Source: the human T2T-CHM13v2.0 reference genome, Homo sapiens. From it: 64,000 nt of DNA. This document shows, one piece after another, positions 12,700-25,328 of this stretch; the first letter of the stretch is position 1; the number at the start of each line of letters is the position of its first letter. The stretch is from the NCBI RefSeq assembly GCF_009914755.1, contig NC_060929.1; one strand, written 5' to 3'. A program made the translations under genes and the position numbers. Under the pieces are notes generated by a model that was not told the origin of the DNA, made no database searches, and worked only from the letters and a program-made list of their open reading frames with translations.

Positions 12700-13265
12700 C
12701 CAGTTATTGATGAATAACAAATCTTGGTAACTACCAGCCTAGTGATAGTGGCTTCAAACCACAGCAATCATTTTATTATCTTTCATATTTTGTTTGGATC
12801 AGGAATTTGGGAAGCTACTGGGTGGCTGTGGCTTGGGGGTCTGTCATGCAGTTGAAGTCAGTTGGTGGTGGGAGCTGAAACAGTGGGGAAGCTGACAAAC
12901 TGGGGACTGGCCAGATATCTCTCTTCATGCAGTCTCAGGGCTTCTCCATGTGGCTGTTCCATATGGACTAGTTGGGCTTCCTCCCAGCATGGCAATCTCA
13001 GAGAAGTCGAGCTGCATACATGGCATCTCAGGGCTTTGGCATGAACATTCCAGTGAGTAAGGTAGAAACCATGGTACCATTTTTGACCCAGTCTTAGAAG
13101 ACATATAGCATGACTTCTTCCACAGTCACAAACATGTCAAGATGCAAAGGGAAGGAACATAGATTCCACCTCTCCATGAGAGGAGTGTTAAAGTTACAGT
13201 GTAAAATAAGCATGTGAGATGGGAGATATTACTGCAGCCATCTTTGGAAAGTACAATCTGTCATA
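12700..13265 (-). mobile_element. MLT1F/G-like MaLR LTR
   Basis: TAGTGGCTTCAAACCAC...GGATCAGGAATTTGGGAAG...TTGGGCTTCCTCCCAGCATGGC...GCAGCCATCTTTGGAAAGTACAATCTGTCATA. Confidence 0.8.
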
Positions 13266-15289
13266 GCTACTAGAGAAGAGGGTCTACTGGGAAATAAGAC
13301 AGACTCAGCCCCTAGATGCCACAAAAGCATCTGATCCTAATGTTCACACTCTGCCCCCATGAGGAGGGCTTAGATTTTTCACCGTCTTCTCATGTGGGCC
13401 TTGGTTTCCCATCATCTTTTCAGTTTCTCATTGAAACCCTAGCCCTAGCCTTTGAAAATTCAGGCTTCCTCCCCTAGACCATGGCAGCTCTTCCCATCCT
13501 AGCTGGACCCCATTCCTGAGGATTGCCGACTGACCACAGTGGACACATTGTGGCCCTAATCTATACCTGGCAAATGCCACTGAGAAGAACACCTGCCACT
13601 CCCACTTCTGCCCCTCTAGTACCCTCCTGCAATGACCATCCCAACCCACACTGAATTCAAATTCACTAAGTTGCCTATTTATTTTACCCATTTGTATGAC
13701 TCCATTGATGACATCCAATGTGGGTTTCACCAAAGCAGCTGGCTGAAACTCCAGAGTGTGCAATATCATGACACTTAAGCAGGACACTTCAAGGTATGGG
13801 CCAAGACAGGACTCAGCTCTGCAATTTACTAGCAATATAAATTTTAGACAAGTCACATGACACTCTGAATTCTTGTGATATGAGGATAAGAGATAAGAGT
13901 ACTTTGCTGTGTGGTATTTATCTGCAGGCTCCAGCAAGGTGCATATGAAAATGAGTTGAAGACATGTATCATGAAGACCATGTAATTATTATTACAATTG
14001 CCACCTAACATTGCTTCTCTATTCTCTTGCCCTGTCTACAGGGAAAGACAGTGTACCCTTCAGCTAAAATATGTCCATTCCCTCTTGGCCAGCCTGCTCA
14101 AAGCCCAACAGGCTGTCTGTTCATTTTTCTCTATCACACTCGTGCAGCAGGAGATTGGTGCAGTGAATGCCATCCTGGTCCCACCTCCTCTGCCCTCACT
14201 CTCACAGGCATGCTGTGGGCAATCTCAGCCTCTTTCCAGATACCCTGTTAATGCCACCCTAAAATTGGATGATCTAAGTGGTTGGTCCCAAAGACCAGTC
14301 CCACATGCGTGGACACACCCAGGCTGTGCTCCTTGAGTGAGCAGAGAGGCCTACAGCTGGGCCTCCCCTAGCACTGTGTGTTCACCCTGTCCTGCATTCC
14401 TGGGATACAGGAGGGAACCGGGTGCATGAGGACAGGCCAAGGCACCAAAGTGACAGCAATCAGCTGTGGATAAAAGAGCACAGTCCTGGACAAGCACCTC
14501 ATTCCTCTCCCACAAGACTCAGACCATTCCAGGACAAATTCCCAAGGATGTTGCATTATCCGCCTGTCTGGACAAAGTCTGGCAGGAAGAAAACCTTTCA
14601 ACGGTTCCAGCTTGATGTTTCTGGGCTCTGGGCTTTTTTCCTTACTCTGATCTTTCCCACACAAGAAAAAGGAGCTGCTGGCCCAGCTCTGAAGATCTGG
14701 CCCATTTGTGATGCAAAGCAGCTTATTTCTAACTGCAGAAGTGCCAATAGTGCTGGAGGGGGCTGACTGAGGAAAAGGATGATAGAATTGTTTATCTTTC
14801 AAGGAAACCTAGAGGGTACAAACAGTCAAAAGATTAGCCTGGGTAGCTTTACTGCCAGGGATGGGTGGCACGATGGGAACCTGCCTCCCAATTCTGCCAT
14901 GAATCAAGGCCTAAAACTTTTACAGGCATTTCTCTTTACTCCTCAAAGTAGCTTCAGGGCGAAAAAGAGTGACAGTTTAATCTCTCTATCCTCACCAATT
15001 TTTATTTCCTCCTCCTGAACTACCCCCTCACCCACACTCCCAACATAAAAAATCCATCTGGTGTCACCAAGGGCCAAGCAAGGTCCATGAACAACTGTTG
15101 GAGGCTGATGTAGCCAGTGTGGGCTTGGGAGGAGCCTTGGGAGAATTGTCCTAGACTGGCCAATGGTGGGGCAATGGTGGGCGTGCTGGAGTGGAGGGAC
15201 TGGGGGAGGGAGAAAAACAGAAAGCGATCCAGGACACATGAACGGGCCTGGAATAATGAGAAGGGAATGTGGCTAACAAAAATAGCCAA

Positions 15290-15498
15290 AGTACACAAGA
15301 AGAGAGAAAGGGAAGAGCCGCCCTCAGAGGAAAGAGAACAGAGAAGGAAAAGAAGATGGAGGAAAAGGAGGAGGAGGAGGCAGGGGGAGAAGAAAGTGCT
15401 AGAAATGAGGAGAGAGTAAAAACAAGGCAGAGAGGTTTGGAATGAGAGGAGTTAAAAGAGTGTGACAGTAAAAGAAGCAGGAAGAAAGGAAGGGAGAA
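15290..15498 (+). repeat. GA-rich low-complexity tract
   Basis: About 200 bp dominated by A/G (AAGAGAGAAAGGGAAGAG...GGAGGAGGAGG...GAAGAAAGGAAGGGAG). Confidence 0.85.
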
Positions 15499-15632
15499 AT
15501 CACCAAATTATAAATGGGTTGTGCCCTAAAGACTTTTTTCACAATAGGTAAGTTTAAAACTAAAACCCATCTCCATCCAAGACACTGACTCCCATGCTGA
15601 CGAAGTTCCTAATGTGACCTGCAAAGTGGGCC

Positions 15633-15714
15633 AACTTGCACGGCTCCAAGAGCGAGCACCTCCTGACACTTTGTACCTAGGCACCTCTCTGGCCTCAGCC
15701 TAGTCCTGACCCAG
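15633..15714 (-). mobile_element. MER96-like hAT DNA transposon fragment
   Basis: ACTTGCACGGCTCCAAGAGCGAGCACCTCCT...CCTAGGCACCTC...GCCTCAGCCTAGTCCTGACCC matches the reverse complement of the MER96 end as recalled. Confidence 0.65.
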
Positions 15715-15725
15715 ATATAAAATCT

Positions 15726-16219
<494 letters not shown>

Positions 16220-16387
16220 ATAGAACTTACACCGTAGCGTTCAGCTCTTGGGGGGGTTAGTGGGCTTTTGGCCCTCGTGAATAATATTGTTTCTAAAGGG
16301 AAATGTGTTTAGGTTTTAATTCCAGATGCCAGGCACTAACCAGCCCCCACACCCTGTATCCCACCCACCCACGTCTGCAACACTTAC

Positions 16388-16555
16388 TTTGTCAATGGAA
16401 GTGGGGGCCACAATAGCTGGTCGAGCTTCCCCCTCCACCCTGAGTTCCAATGGGAGGCCCCCATTCCGTTCCCAGTGTGGCCAGGGCCATCCAGTCATGT
16501 GTGGGAAACTTGAGTGTTTCCAAGTCAGGGAGTTCTTACTCAAGTTTGGTTAAAG
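16388..16555 (-). ncRNA. Candidate non-coding exon (168 nt)
   Basis: Minus strand: branch-like TTGAC at -29, TTTTGTTTTTCTCTTTTCTTTCAG acceptor, AAA|GTAAGT donor and downstream G-triplets. Stops in all three frames near its 5' end. No expression evidence available. Confidence 0.4.
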
Positions 16556-16707
16556 CTGAAAGAAAAGAGAAAAACAAAATGTGTCAACATGAGTCTCACT
16601 TGAATAAAAAATAAACATACAAAAAGTAAAAGAAACAACGTATCAACAATAAATGCCAGAGATGGAGGCTCTATAAGAAATGGCAGAACCTTCAAGTTAA
16701 CAAACAG

Positions 16708-17063
<356 letters not shown>

Positions 17064-18129
17064 TTAACAATTCCATACTAGGAAATCTGCTGTGTCAAGA
17101 CATCAAGAAAACTGGTTTTTAAAGCTGTGTTAACTTGTGTTAGAGCTGCCAGACATAGGGAGATCATTCCAATCAAACCAATACACAGCCATTTCTCCTG
17201 GGGATAAAGGGACAAGATGGAGCTTGAGCACTAAACATTTGAGAAACTCTGCAACATGTGGGGCCACTGAAGACTCCACGCAAACCTCTGCTGCCCGCAT
17301 GCCCCACCCACGAGCCGGCAACTTAAGGGTTAGGTCCCACTTCCTACGGATTCTGTGGAGATATGCACATGGGAAGCAGGATGCTGCCTGTGAACAACAC
17401 CCAGGGAGACAGTTGGCAGCAGCACAAAGCTTCGTGAAATCCTTGAAGCCAACAAGACAGATCAGAACAGGCCAGAGGGTACAGCCAAAAACCTGTTGTT
17501 TCCTCACTTCTTCCAGCATCACACAATATAAAATCAATCAAATAACTGAATTACACCAGCCACAGCCTAGTGAGGATTATGTAAACGGAGCCATTGTCTG
17601 GTGGCAAGGCAGCCTCCCCTGAATTCCCCTCTGAAGAGACTCTCTGGCCAGCAAATGGGGGGCCAGGGCCCTGGTGCCCAGCTGGTGGGCCCTGGGCCTG
17701 CACAGAATAGAATCGCAGCTCATCTTTGCTGAGTAGGTTTCTCCTACCATGAGGGTGGCTGCTCCATGAGGGGCAGCCAGGTGGAAGAAGTCTGCACATC
17801 AGCCACCCTCTCTTACTCTAATTAGTAACAGGACAACTCAGTTGTGCCTAAATTATTTGAATTCCTTTGTAAATGGGGCTCCATAGTTACCAAGATCAGA
17901 GATCTTTGCACATTCCTTCAGAATAAGGGGTTCATAGAGGGGGCCCGGAGGAGCAAGAAAGATGGCAGCCCAGCCAGGGGAGAACTGGGGCATGCTCCAG
18001 GATACAGGATGGCCATAGCAACACCCTAGGCAAAGCAGCAGCTCCAGAGATCTGATCTTGTCCCTCAACAGCATGTGCTGTTCCTCCCATAATGGCAAGT
18101 CAGCCATTCTCTGTTCAGATGCTAAGGCC

Positions 18130-18450
18130 TCTTCAACAAATGCATCCATCTCATGGCTTCTGCCTTCTCACAGCTTCCGTTTCTTGTGCCATCTACTTGC
18201 TTGTCTCCTCTCTACGTGCCTCTTAGCTTATGCACATCTCTAAAATCTGGCATATTTGAATGACACTTAGTGACACTAAGACAGAGAGACTGATTAGTTC
18301 CATTAATTACTACTCTCTATGGACCTCTCTTATTGGACAGAAATCTCACTGCAGCCTCTCACTGGCTGCCTTTTGAGTCAGGCACCATCCTCTGGTCCAG
18401 ACTGCTAAGGTCAGAATAGAACAGGGTCATCGTGAAAAGCATGGTACCCC
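18130..18450. mobile_element. Old ERVL/MaLR LTR remnant (late MLT1-type)
   Basis: GAGAGACTGATTAG...GGCTGCCTTTTGAGTCAGGCACCATCCTCTGGTCCA...AGGGTCA resembles old MLT1L/M/N-type LTRs; very diverged. Confidence 0.45.
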
Positions 18451-18780
18451 ATGCATAAGGAATGGCCCGTGGCTTTGTTCAGGCAAAACACCTTGTACAG
18501 GACAATCTCAGCCTCCCTTGCTGTGTGACCCAGCTTTCCTTTTGTGAGTTTAAGACATGCACACTCCTGGACAAGACACTAAAGCTATCATGAGCAGTGC
18601 ACAGGAAAGCAGTGCATTACTAGAAGAGAAAGAAGTCAAGGGGCTTCTAGTGCCAAATATCAAGGATTCTGGATTCTCATATGATAAAGTTGAAAATTAC
18701 TGCAGTGAGGTTGAATCAGGTGCAAAGGGAAGAATAGACTGTTAGAGAAGGGTAACTAACAGTTATCCAGTGCTGGCTCT

Positions 18781-18867
18781 GGGTCAGGCCGTGACCCGGG
18801 AGTTAAGCACTCAACCAGCATTAACCACTACACGTACCTCATGACATTCTGACGTCACCTGGGGCGG
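18781..18867. promoter_or_regulatory. Candidate regulatory motif cluster (CRE, GC box, HRE, nuclear-receptor inverted repeat)
   Basis: GGGTCA-n5-TGACCC 18781-18797; CACGTA 18831-18836; TGACGTCA 18850-18857; GGGGCGG 18861-18867. Confidence 0.4.
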
Positions 18868-18869
18868 AC

Positions 18870-19310
18870 TGGCAAACCTGTTTGTTGGCTGACTTCAAAG
18901 GACTTCCAACCCATTCTCCCTTAACCACTATCACAGAAGCTGAAAAAGACTTTTCCAACTTCCCACAGGTGAGGAGTCTTGTGGTCCTGTTCTGGCCAAT
19001 AAAATACAATGGGAAGTCATGTGGGAGTTTGGGAAAAGTTGTTCCTTTTCAGAGAAAAGGAAGAAGCAGCCCTAGAACATAGACCCTTTCCCCATGCATA
19101 TACTTGAAAAAAAATCCTGCTATCACCTCCCACTCCCACCCCCTGCTTTCTGATGGGAATGAAGACTTAATACCTGGAGAGGCTGGTGCCTTTTTATAAG
19201 ATGAGGCAACAAACATGAAGATGAAATTAAAGATGGTGAAGTCATCAAAAAGAGCGTGGGTTCCTGTGGAGCAGCTGAATCAACAAATCAACAGCAGCTG
19301 CATATCCAAA
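18870..19310 (+). mobile_element. MLT1K/L-like MaLR LTR
   Basis: CCCATTCTCCCTT...GTTCTGGCCAATAAAATAC...TGGGAAAAGTTGTTCC...ATACCTGGAG...ATGAGGCAACAAACATGAAGATG...GGGTTCCTG. Confidence 0.65.
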
Positions 19311-19319
19311 CTGATACAA

Positions 19320-19630
19320 GTAATATCACTATCCCCATCTTTTATATAAGAAAAATGAGGCCACGGGTGGGTAAGCAACTGGTCGAAGATCTCTTAGTTC
19401 AAAACCAAGCCTGTTGATTCCAGAGACCAATCCATCATGATATGCTCCTCTCCAGACAGAAGAAACCTTAGAATTGAAAACTTCTTATTTAGAAGGACCC
19501 CTAAGACCCTGTAGCCCAATTCCTTCCAATTAAGAGATAAGGCGCACAGTGGTTAAGTGCTGGGCCCAAGTCTATTGGCTTTCCCCTCCTGAAGCTGAAT
19601 CCTGACACTCATCCAGTGTTCTTTACATTA
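19320..19630 (-). mobile_element. MIR/MIR3 fragments
   Basis: TATCCCCATCTTTTATATAAGAAAAATGAGGCC and AGAAGGACCCCTAAGACC...GCACAGTGGTTAAGTGCTGGGCCCAAG. Confidence 0.55.
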
Positions 19631-20486
19631 CTCCATGCTTTCTCTCCCGGGAAAAATAAGAGACTATAATTCCTGTACAGTACCATGGTGGCTTCTACAT
19701 TGCCTTAGCTAAGGATTTGTCATCTTGATTCATTTTGGGCCTCTGACACCACAGAAACCAAGACAGAAGTAAGGACAATAGTATTGTATTTCAGAAAGTT
19801 ATCGTGTTGGCCACATTACACTTCAATGTTTTTAGACTATATTAAGCCAAGATATTTTATACCAGAAAATGTTACCTGAGAAGGAGTATTATTAGTGGCT
19901 TTTGCAATATTCACTCCAGGAGCCTCTGCAGCACAATCCCCGGAGGGAGAACAGTATTGCATTTGAAAAGCAATGGCAGACGCCATCCCTGAGGCAATTT
20001 CTATTATTAAGCTGCTCAAAAATAAATAAATAAATAAACCAAACAAAACTCTCCAATTTTCTAAAGAACTCAAGAAAATGAAAAGGTCTTTTTACACACA
20101 TTTGCCACCTTCCCATAGTTTGTTGGCCATGATGAAGACTTTGGTTTTGAAAACCCAACTCTAAACATCTTTTTTCTTCCACACTCTGGCTCCTTTTCAA
20201 GCATCTCTTAACTCTCCCCAAAAGCTGCCATCATCCTATGATTGATGCATTTCTGGAGATTCAGCTGAACTTGTCTGTTCACATTATCCAGCTGTTCAGT
20301 GCCTGTGGTTTTCACTAATGGTAGTTACATTTGATCATTCCCTTCTTGCCCCTAAACTTTCTGGCAATGCTCAAGAAAAATGTGGAATGCAACTAGTACT
20401 GAGGGCCCTGCAAATTTAGCAAAGTTTAGGATAGGAAAACATTTTGCATTTGCAATAATATAGGATTCAAGAGAAAACGAGAAGAC

Positions 20487-20724
20487 TCATTCATTTATTT
20501 GTTCCACCAATAAATGTTGAGGACCTGTTGTATGTCAAGCTCTCTGCTCAGCACTCTAGATGATTTATTCCATTTAACAATGCTGCAAACTTAGAAGTTA
20601 AGCACTACTATTGCACTCAGTTTAATCAGGAAATTAGGGCTTAGCAAAATAGAATAGCTTAACCAATGTAAAATGTGATGGGGGACTTCAAAAAACTTAC
20701 AATCTAGAAGGGGAGGTAGCAGGT

Positions 20725-20766
<42 letters not shown>

Positions 20767-21400
20767 CCAACACAAAGCAGAATGTATTCAATAGATGATC
20801 CAGTTTCAGAGCTCAGAGAAAGAAGATATTGCATTCAGGCCTCACGGAAAAGATTGCATTTAATGGGGTTCTAGAAGATGATTAAGATTACTGCAAAGAG
20901 AAATAAAAGAGAAGCAGATCCCAGCACAGTAGAAGGAATGACGTAAGTAGAAGGGTGGTGGCAGGGAAATGTAGAACATGCTTGTGAATGGAGGATAAGC
21001 CAGTTGAGTAAGAGCAAAGGGTACAGGAATAGAGTAAAGGTGTTAGGACTGGTAACGTAGGTTGGGTACAGGTCATGAGGTACCTAGAATGTCTATGTTA
21101 ACCTGGAACTTATTAGAATCACAAAGAGGAGCCACTGAGCAGTTTTAGGAACCCATGATACTGTCCCACGGCAGTAAAAAGAGTGTGTTTAACAGTAATA
21201 CGAAGCATGGAAAAGGAGGCAAGGCTGGTGATTGCCAGTCCAGGCAGCCAGCAACCACATGACACCATGGCAAACAGTGAAGGCCTGAGCCACGGTGGAA
21301 GTGGTGGGGATGGAAAGAAGACCACGGACACAAGACCCATGGCAAAAAGACCTGGCAATGGATAAGTGGGTGAATGAGGTGTCAAGAAATGATCAGATGC
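20487..21400 (-). mobile_element. L2 LINE (fragmented; hosts the CA repeat)
   Basis: CATTCATTTATTTG...AATAAATGTTGAGGACCTGTTGTATGTCAAGC; ACTTACAATCTAG; GGAGCCACTGAGCAGTTTTA; GGTGGAAGTGGTGGGGATGGAAAG. Confidence 0.75.
20729..20762 (+). repeat. (CA)17 microsatellite
   Basis: Uninterrupted CA run, 34 bp. Confidence 0.98.
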
Positions 21401-22249
21401 TGATGGTGCCACTAATGCACATCCAGACAAAGCTCAGTGTCTGGGAGTAAACTGTCAAACAAAAAAATATCAGTGTGAAGAACTTCCAGTTTACAATGAC
21501 ACCTGGCTAGCAGTCCATGACTCAACCTCTCTCAATTTCCCAGTAAATATACATACATTCCCCACTACATGTTTTAAAGAATGAAATTCAAAATTAGCGT
21601 GAATACAAATTGCCAAAATGTGGAGAAACATTTTCACCAACTCCAAGACAGCAGAAGGTGGATTCAGAGAAACAGTGAGTGGCCAAGCTACAGGTGTTCT
21701 CCTGAAGCAGGGAAACCCACACATGGCAAAGAAAGTGAGATGGCCTCTGGTCCTTCCCCTGTCTGCCCTGTCTCAAAGGCCTAGGTCAGTGCTGAACAGT
21801 AAGTTCTATTGTGCAAGTGCTTATTTCTAAGGTACCAGAGTAAAACACCAATCACCTGTTCTCCACCGCATCCTCTCCCACTAACCCCACCCCACTCACA
21901 TTTTCTATTGCATCTGTGAACTGAAAGCAACGAGCAGGAAGTTGTCGGGGTCTAGAATCATGCTCTACATCCTAGTGGATGTAGCCCTCATATTGAAGCT
22001 ACATAAGCAAGAAAAAAGACTCTAAGATATCCAACAGCAGTGTGTGCCGGGCTTCTAAATTTCCACCAACTCCCTCAGTTCAAAGTGTCAAAGAATCAAG
22101 CAAGAGAGTGAGATCTTATTTCTCTACAGCAGAGCCACAAAATCTGTGTGTTGGCAAACACTGAATGCAGAGGGAACTTGTCTAATCTAAGGATTAGTAA
22201 ACACCAAACTAAATAGAGGGCCTATGAAAAAAGTATGAAACCTCAGGGG

Positions 22250-22770
22250 AAAGGGAACAATATCCCAGAGATCAAGAAGATGAACACACCTTTGAAAATG
22301 ATTTGCTATCAAAAAAAAGAGAAAATGGTATGAAATATTTTTATTATTTTCAGTAGGATCTAAGAAGATATGGCCTCTCTGAAACAGGAGCAGAAAGCCA
22401 AAAAGCTGAACTGAAAGAACGCAATGAGATGAAAAGACAACGCCATGGAATGTAAAGACAATAAACCCAGGTGAAAAGGAAGCTGGGTGAGATAAGGAGG
22501 CTGAAATTACAATATGAGAAATGAAGTCAGCCCTGAGGGCAGTAAAACAGACCTTGGGAAATCTAACCAGTAATGTGCAGAATGGAGTTGAACAGAAGAT
22601 AAAAGGGGGAGGGAGGTCCAAAAAAATGTGTTATTTTTTAAGGCAAATGGGAAGATGATATATGTAGAGCACAAAGAAAGGAAATTCAATCTGCAAATAA
22701 TAGGTGTTACCAAAGACAGAACCAAAACACAGTAGGACCAGAGCAATGATCACAGATATAATTTGAATGC
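22250..22770 (+). mobile_element. HAL1 or old L1M ORF1 remnant
   Basis: A-rich purine-biased tract. 22676 onward translates ERKFNLQIIGVTKD, resembling the L1 ORF1p RRM start (RRxNLRIIGVPE). Frame broken by stops. Confidence 0.65.
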
Positions 22771-23039
22771 AGTAGACATAAACTTCTATAAGAAATCTAC
22801 TTAATTTTTCTGTCTCAGGATTGTTGTCTTTAAAACGGGGGTTTAAAGCATAATGCAGAGAGTTTTATGAACATTTGAAGGAGCATCTATATGTTATTTG
22901 CTTGCCTTCAATATTGGTAGATAGTAAATGCTAAGTAACATCAGTTGTAATTTATTATTACTCTATAATAGCTCATACAAATTAGTAAGCCGAAAAAAAA
23001 TAAAAGTACCAAAAGCGTGATGAGTTCATTCATGAAATA

Positions 23040-24120
23040 AAACTATGAATAGCATATAAGCATATGAAAAATGTTCCCCTCATTAGGAATCAAAGAAATC
23101 CAAATTAAAGCCATGAGTTACAACTTTTCCAATAACAAATTAATTACGGTTCTTTTTCTTTAATGGTGATGCTCTACATTGAGAAAAGTGTGCTGAAATC
23201 CCACTGCTTTGCTGGTGGGACTCTAAATTTGTTCAACCTTACAGTTGATATTTATAGATCAAAAAGATTAAAGAGATTTATATTTTTGTTATGGACTGAA
23301 GGCTTGTGTCTCCCAAAAATTCACATGTTAAAGCCCTAACCCCCAATGTGACTGTATTTGGAGAGAGTCTGGGAGGAGGTGATAAAGGTTAAATGAGGTC
23401 ATAAGGGTGGGGCTATAACTGATTAACTGATAGGACTGGTGGTCATATAAGAAGAGGAAGAGATACCAGAGCTCTCCCTCCACCGTGTGAGAATACAGCA
23501 AGAAGGCTGCCATCTGCAAACCAGGAAGAGAGCCCTCACCAGGACTGGCACCTTGTTCTGGGACTTCCAACCTCAAGACCTGTGAGAAAATAAATTTCTG
23601 TTGTTTAAGCCACCAGATCTGCAGTATTTTGTTATGACACCCCAAACAACTAATAAAATTATTTAACCAGAATCTCTTCTAGGAGTCTATCCTAAGGAAA
23701 TAATCAGTGAAGCAGGCAAGGATTGAGGATGTAGCCTGCAGCATTAGAGGAGTAGTTAAAAATAACCTCAATCTCTAACAATAGATGTTTGGAAAAGTAC
23801 AAAATATATATTGTTGAGTCTTTTGAAACCATAAAATCAAATGTTAAGGCTTATTTAATGGTGCAGTGGAATAATTGTTATCTAATATTAATACAAAAGT
23901 AGAGCAAACTCTATATCAATATGATTCTTATTTTGTTAAATTATTTATCAAGTATATCCACATAGAGAAAAGAAAAAAAGGACGTACATCAAAAAATTTT
24001 TAAAAATCAACTGGACATGGAATATTATCTCTGATGGTAGTCTTTTTCTTTTTTTCTTTTTTTTGAGGTGTAGTAAATCTTCAACAATCATCCTGTGTTA
24101 TTTTTACAATAATAAAATAC
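23040..24120 (+). mobile_element. L1ME-type 3' fragment interrupted by MLT1A
   Basis: CATATGAAAAATGTTC...AATCAAAGAAATCCAAATTAAA...TGCTGGTGGGA...CTTCTAGGAGTCTATCCTAAGGAAATAATC. Confidence 0.75.
23287..23657 (+). mobile_element. MLT1A MaLR solo LTR
   Basis: TGTTATGGACTGAA...AAATTCACATGTTAAAGCCCTAACCCCCAATGTG...AATAAATTTCTGTTGTTTAAGCCACC...ACTAATA. Confidence 0.9.
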
Positions 24121-24434
24121 ATTTTCTTTTTAAACAAAACCTATGAATCTTGCTTCCATCATTAGCTTGGAATAGTCTTTAAAGAGAGCCTTGTTTCTTC
24201 ATGTTATGCTTATGTCCTGCCTGTAAAGTTTTAGAGACATTATCTAGGTCATTCACCTGCATTCATAAAACAATGTCATAAAGAAGTTTTCACTACAGGA
24301 TGCTGGCATTGTTATTTTGTTGGTAACTCCTGCATGATCTTACCTACAATCTCCAAACAATTGGGCATGTACCTAGGAGTTCTATAATAGAGCTTAGCAA
24401 AATTCTTGCTTTTGTCTTTAAGACATATCAGTCC

Positions 24435-24744
24435 AGTTGGGCGAGATGGCTCATGCCTGCAATCCCAACACTTTAGGAAGCTGAGTTGGGAGGATTGCTT
24501 GAGCTCAGGAGTTCAGGACCAGCCCAGCCCAGGCAACATAGCAAGAGCTATTTGCTAACTAAAATTTTTAAAATCAACTGGGCATGGTGGCATGCTCCTG
24601 TAGTCCCAGGTACTCGGGAGGCTGAGGTAGGAGGATCACTTAAGTCCGGGAGGGCAAGGCTGCAGAGAGCTCTGATCACACCACTGCCCTCCAGCCTGGG
24701 TGACACAGCGAGACCTTGTCTCAAAAAAATAAAAAATAAAATAA
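24435..24744 (+). mobile_element. AluJ
   Basis: GGAGGATTGCTTGAGCTCAGGAGTTC (J-type), dimeric. Degenerate TSD AAGACATATCAGTCC / AAGGTATCTCAGTCC. Confidence 0.92.
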
Positions 24745-24839
24745 GGTATCTCAGTCCAAAATCAGATCAGTTTCCTTCGAATTTCAAAAAAGGAAGTGAA
24801 GTAAACATGATTATTTTCTTGAAAAAGACACCACAAATA

Positions 24840-25045
24840 TACCAAAATGGAAAATATTTTGTGGAAGAGAGAAGAAATTTACTCTAGATTGTTTCAGAAG
24901 AAGGAACTAGAATCAAAGGGTGAAGCCAGAGGAAGGAAGATTTTGATGCAGAACTGAGAACTCATTAATTAGAGATTCCTTGCAAAGTATGAGTCCCCCA
25001 TTACTGGTGGTTAATAGCAAACAGATGACCATGTGTTTGAAAGGA
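24840..25045 (+). mobile_element. CR1/L3 3' fragment
   Basis: AGAAGGAACTAGAATCAAAGGGTGAAG...AAGATTTTG...TGAGTCCCCCATTACTGG...GATGACCA resembles the L3 3' end. Confidence 0.5.
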
Positions 25046-25214
25046 AGAGAAAACAGAAAGATTTTAATAAAAATAAATAGGTTTATTTAAGGTTTAAATA
25101 AAATAAAAGCTTTTTTTTATTTTTTTACATCTCCCAAGTCTCCATCATTCACAGAAAGATAATTTCTACATTAAATTTGAACCAAACTGAAAGGCAGACT
25201 AGATAATCTTTAAG

Positions 25215-25328
25215 GCAAAGTAGCTATATCATTTTTGTCCCAACTGAGCACTTTTGAGAGAAAAGAAGTGATAATAATTACACCGAGACAGGGGCTTTCA
25301 GGTTAAACTGAAATGTATGGTCATCCTA
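25215..25328. mobile_element. MER81 (hAT-Blackjack)
   Basis: TATATCATTTTTGTCCCAACTGAGCACTTTTGAGAG...AATAATTACACCGAGACA...GTATGGTCATCCTA. Confidence 0.7.

Noticed and set aside
13428-14802. Longer ORFs (169, 144, 114, 112 aa)
   Set aside because: Mostly non-ATG starts, overlapping on both strands, partly in MIR sequence, with random-looking Cys/Leu/Ser-rich composition.
15117-15419. Arg/Glu/Lys-rich 100-aa ORF
   Set aside because: Artefact of the GA-rich low-complexity tract.
17130-17799. Minus ORFs with QGPPAGHQG and FLKCLVLKLHLVPLSP, faintly like a Gypsy integrase zinc finger and core
   Set aside because: No HHCC spacing or DDE triad, and the GC-rich palindromes explain the first motif. 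A tBLASTn/HMM search against integrase profiles would be needed to revive it.
17853-18149. 98-aa ATG ORF MDAFVEEALASEQRM... that looks helical
   Set aside because: No recognisable domain, starts at the edge of an LTR remnant, and its length is within chance for 64 kb.
22187-22746. Phe/Leu-rich membrane-like minus ORFs
   Set aside because: Antisense reading of the A-rich L1/HAL1 ORF1 remnant.
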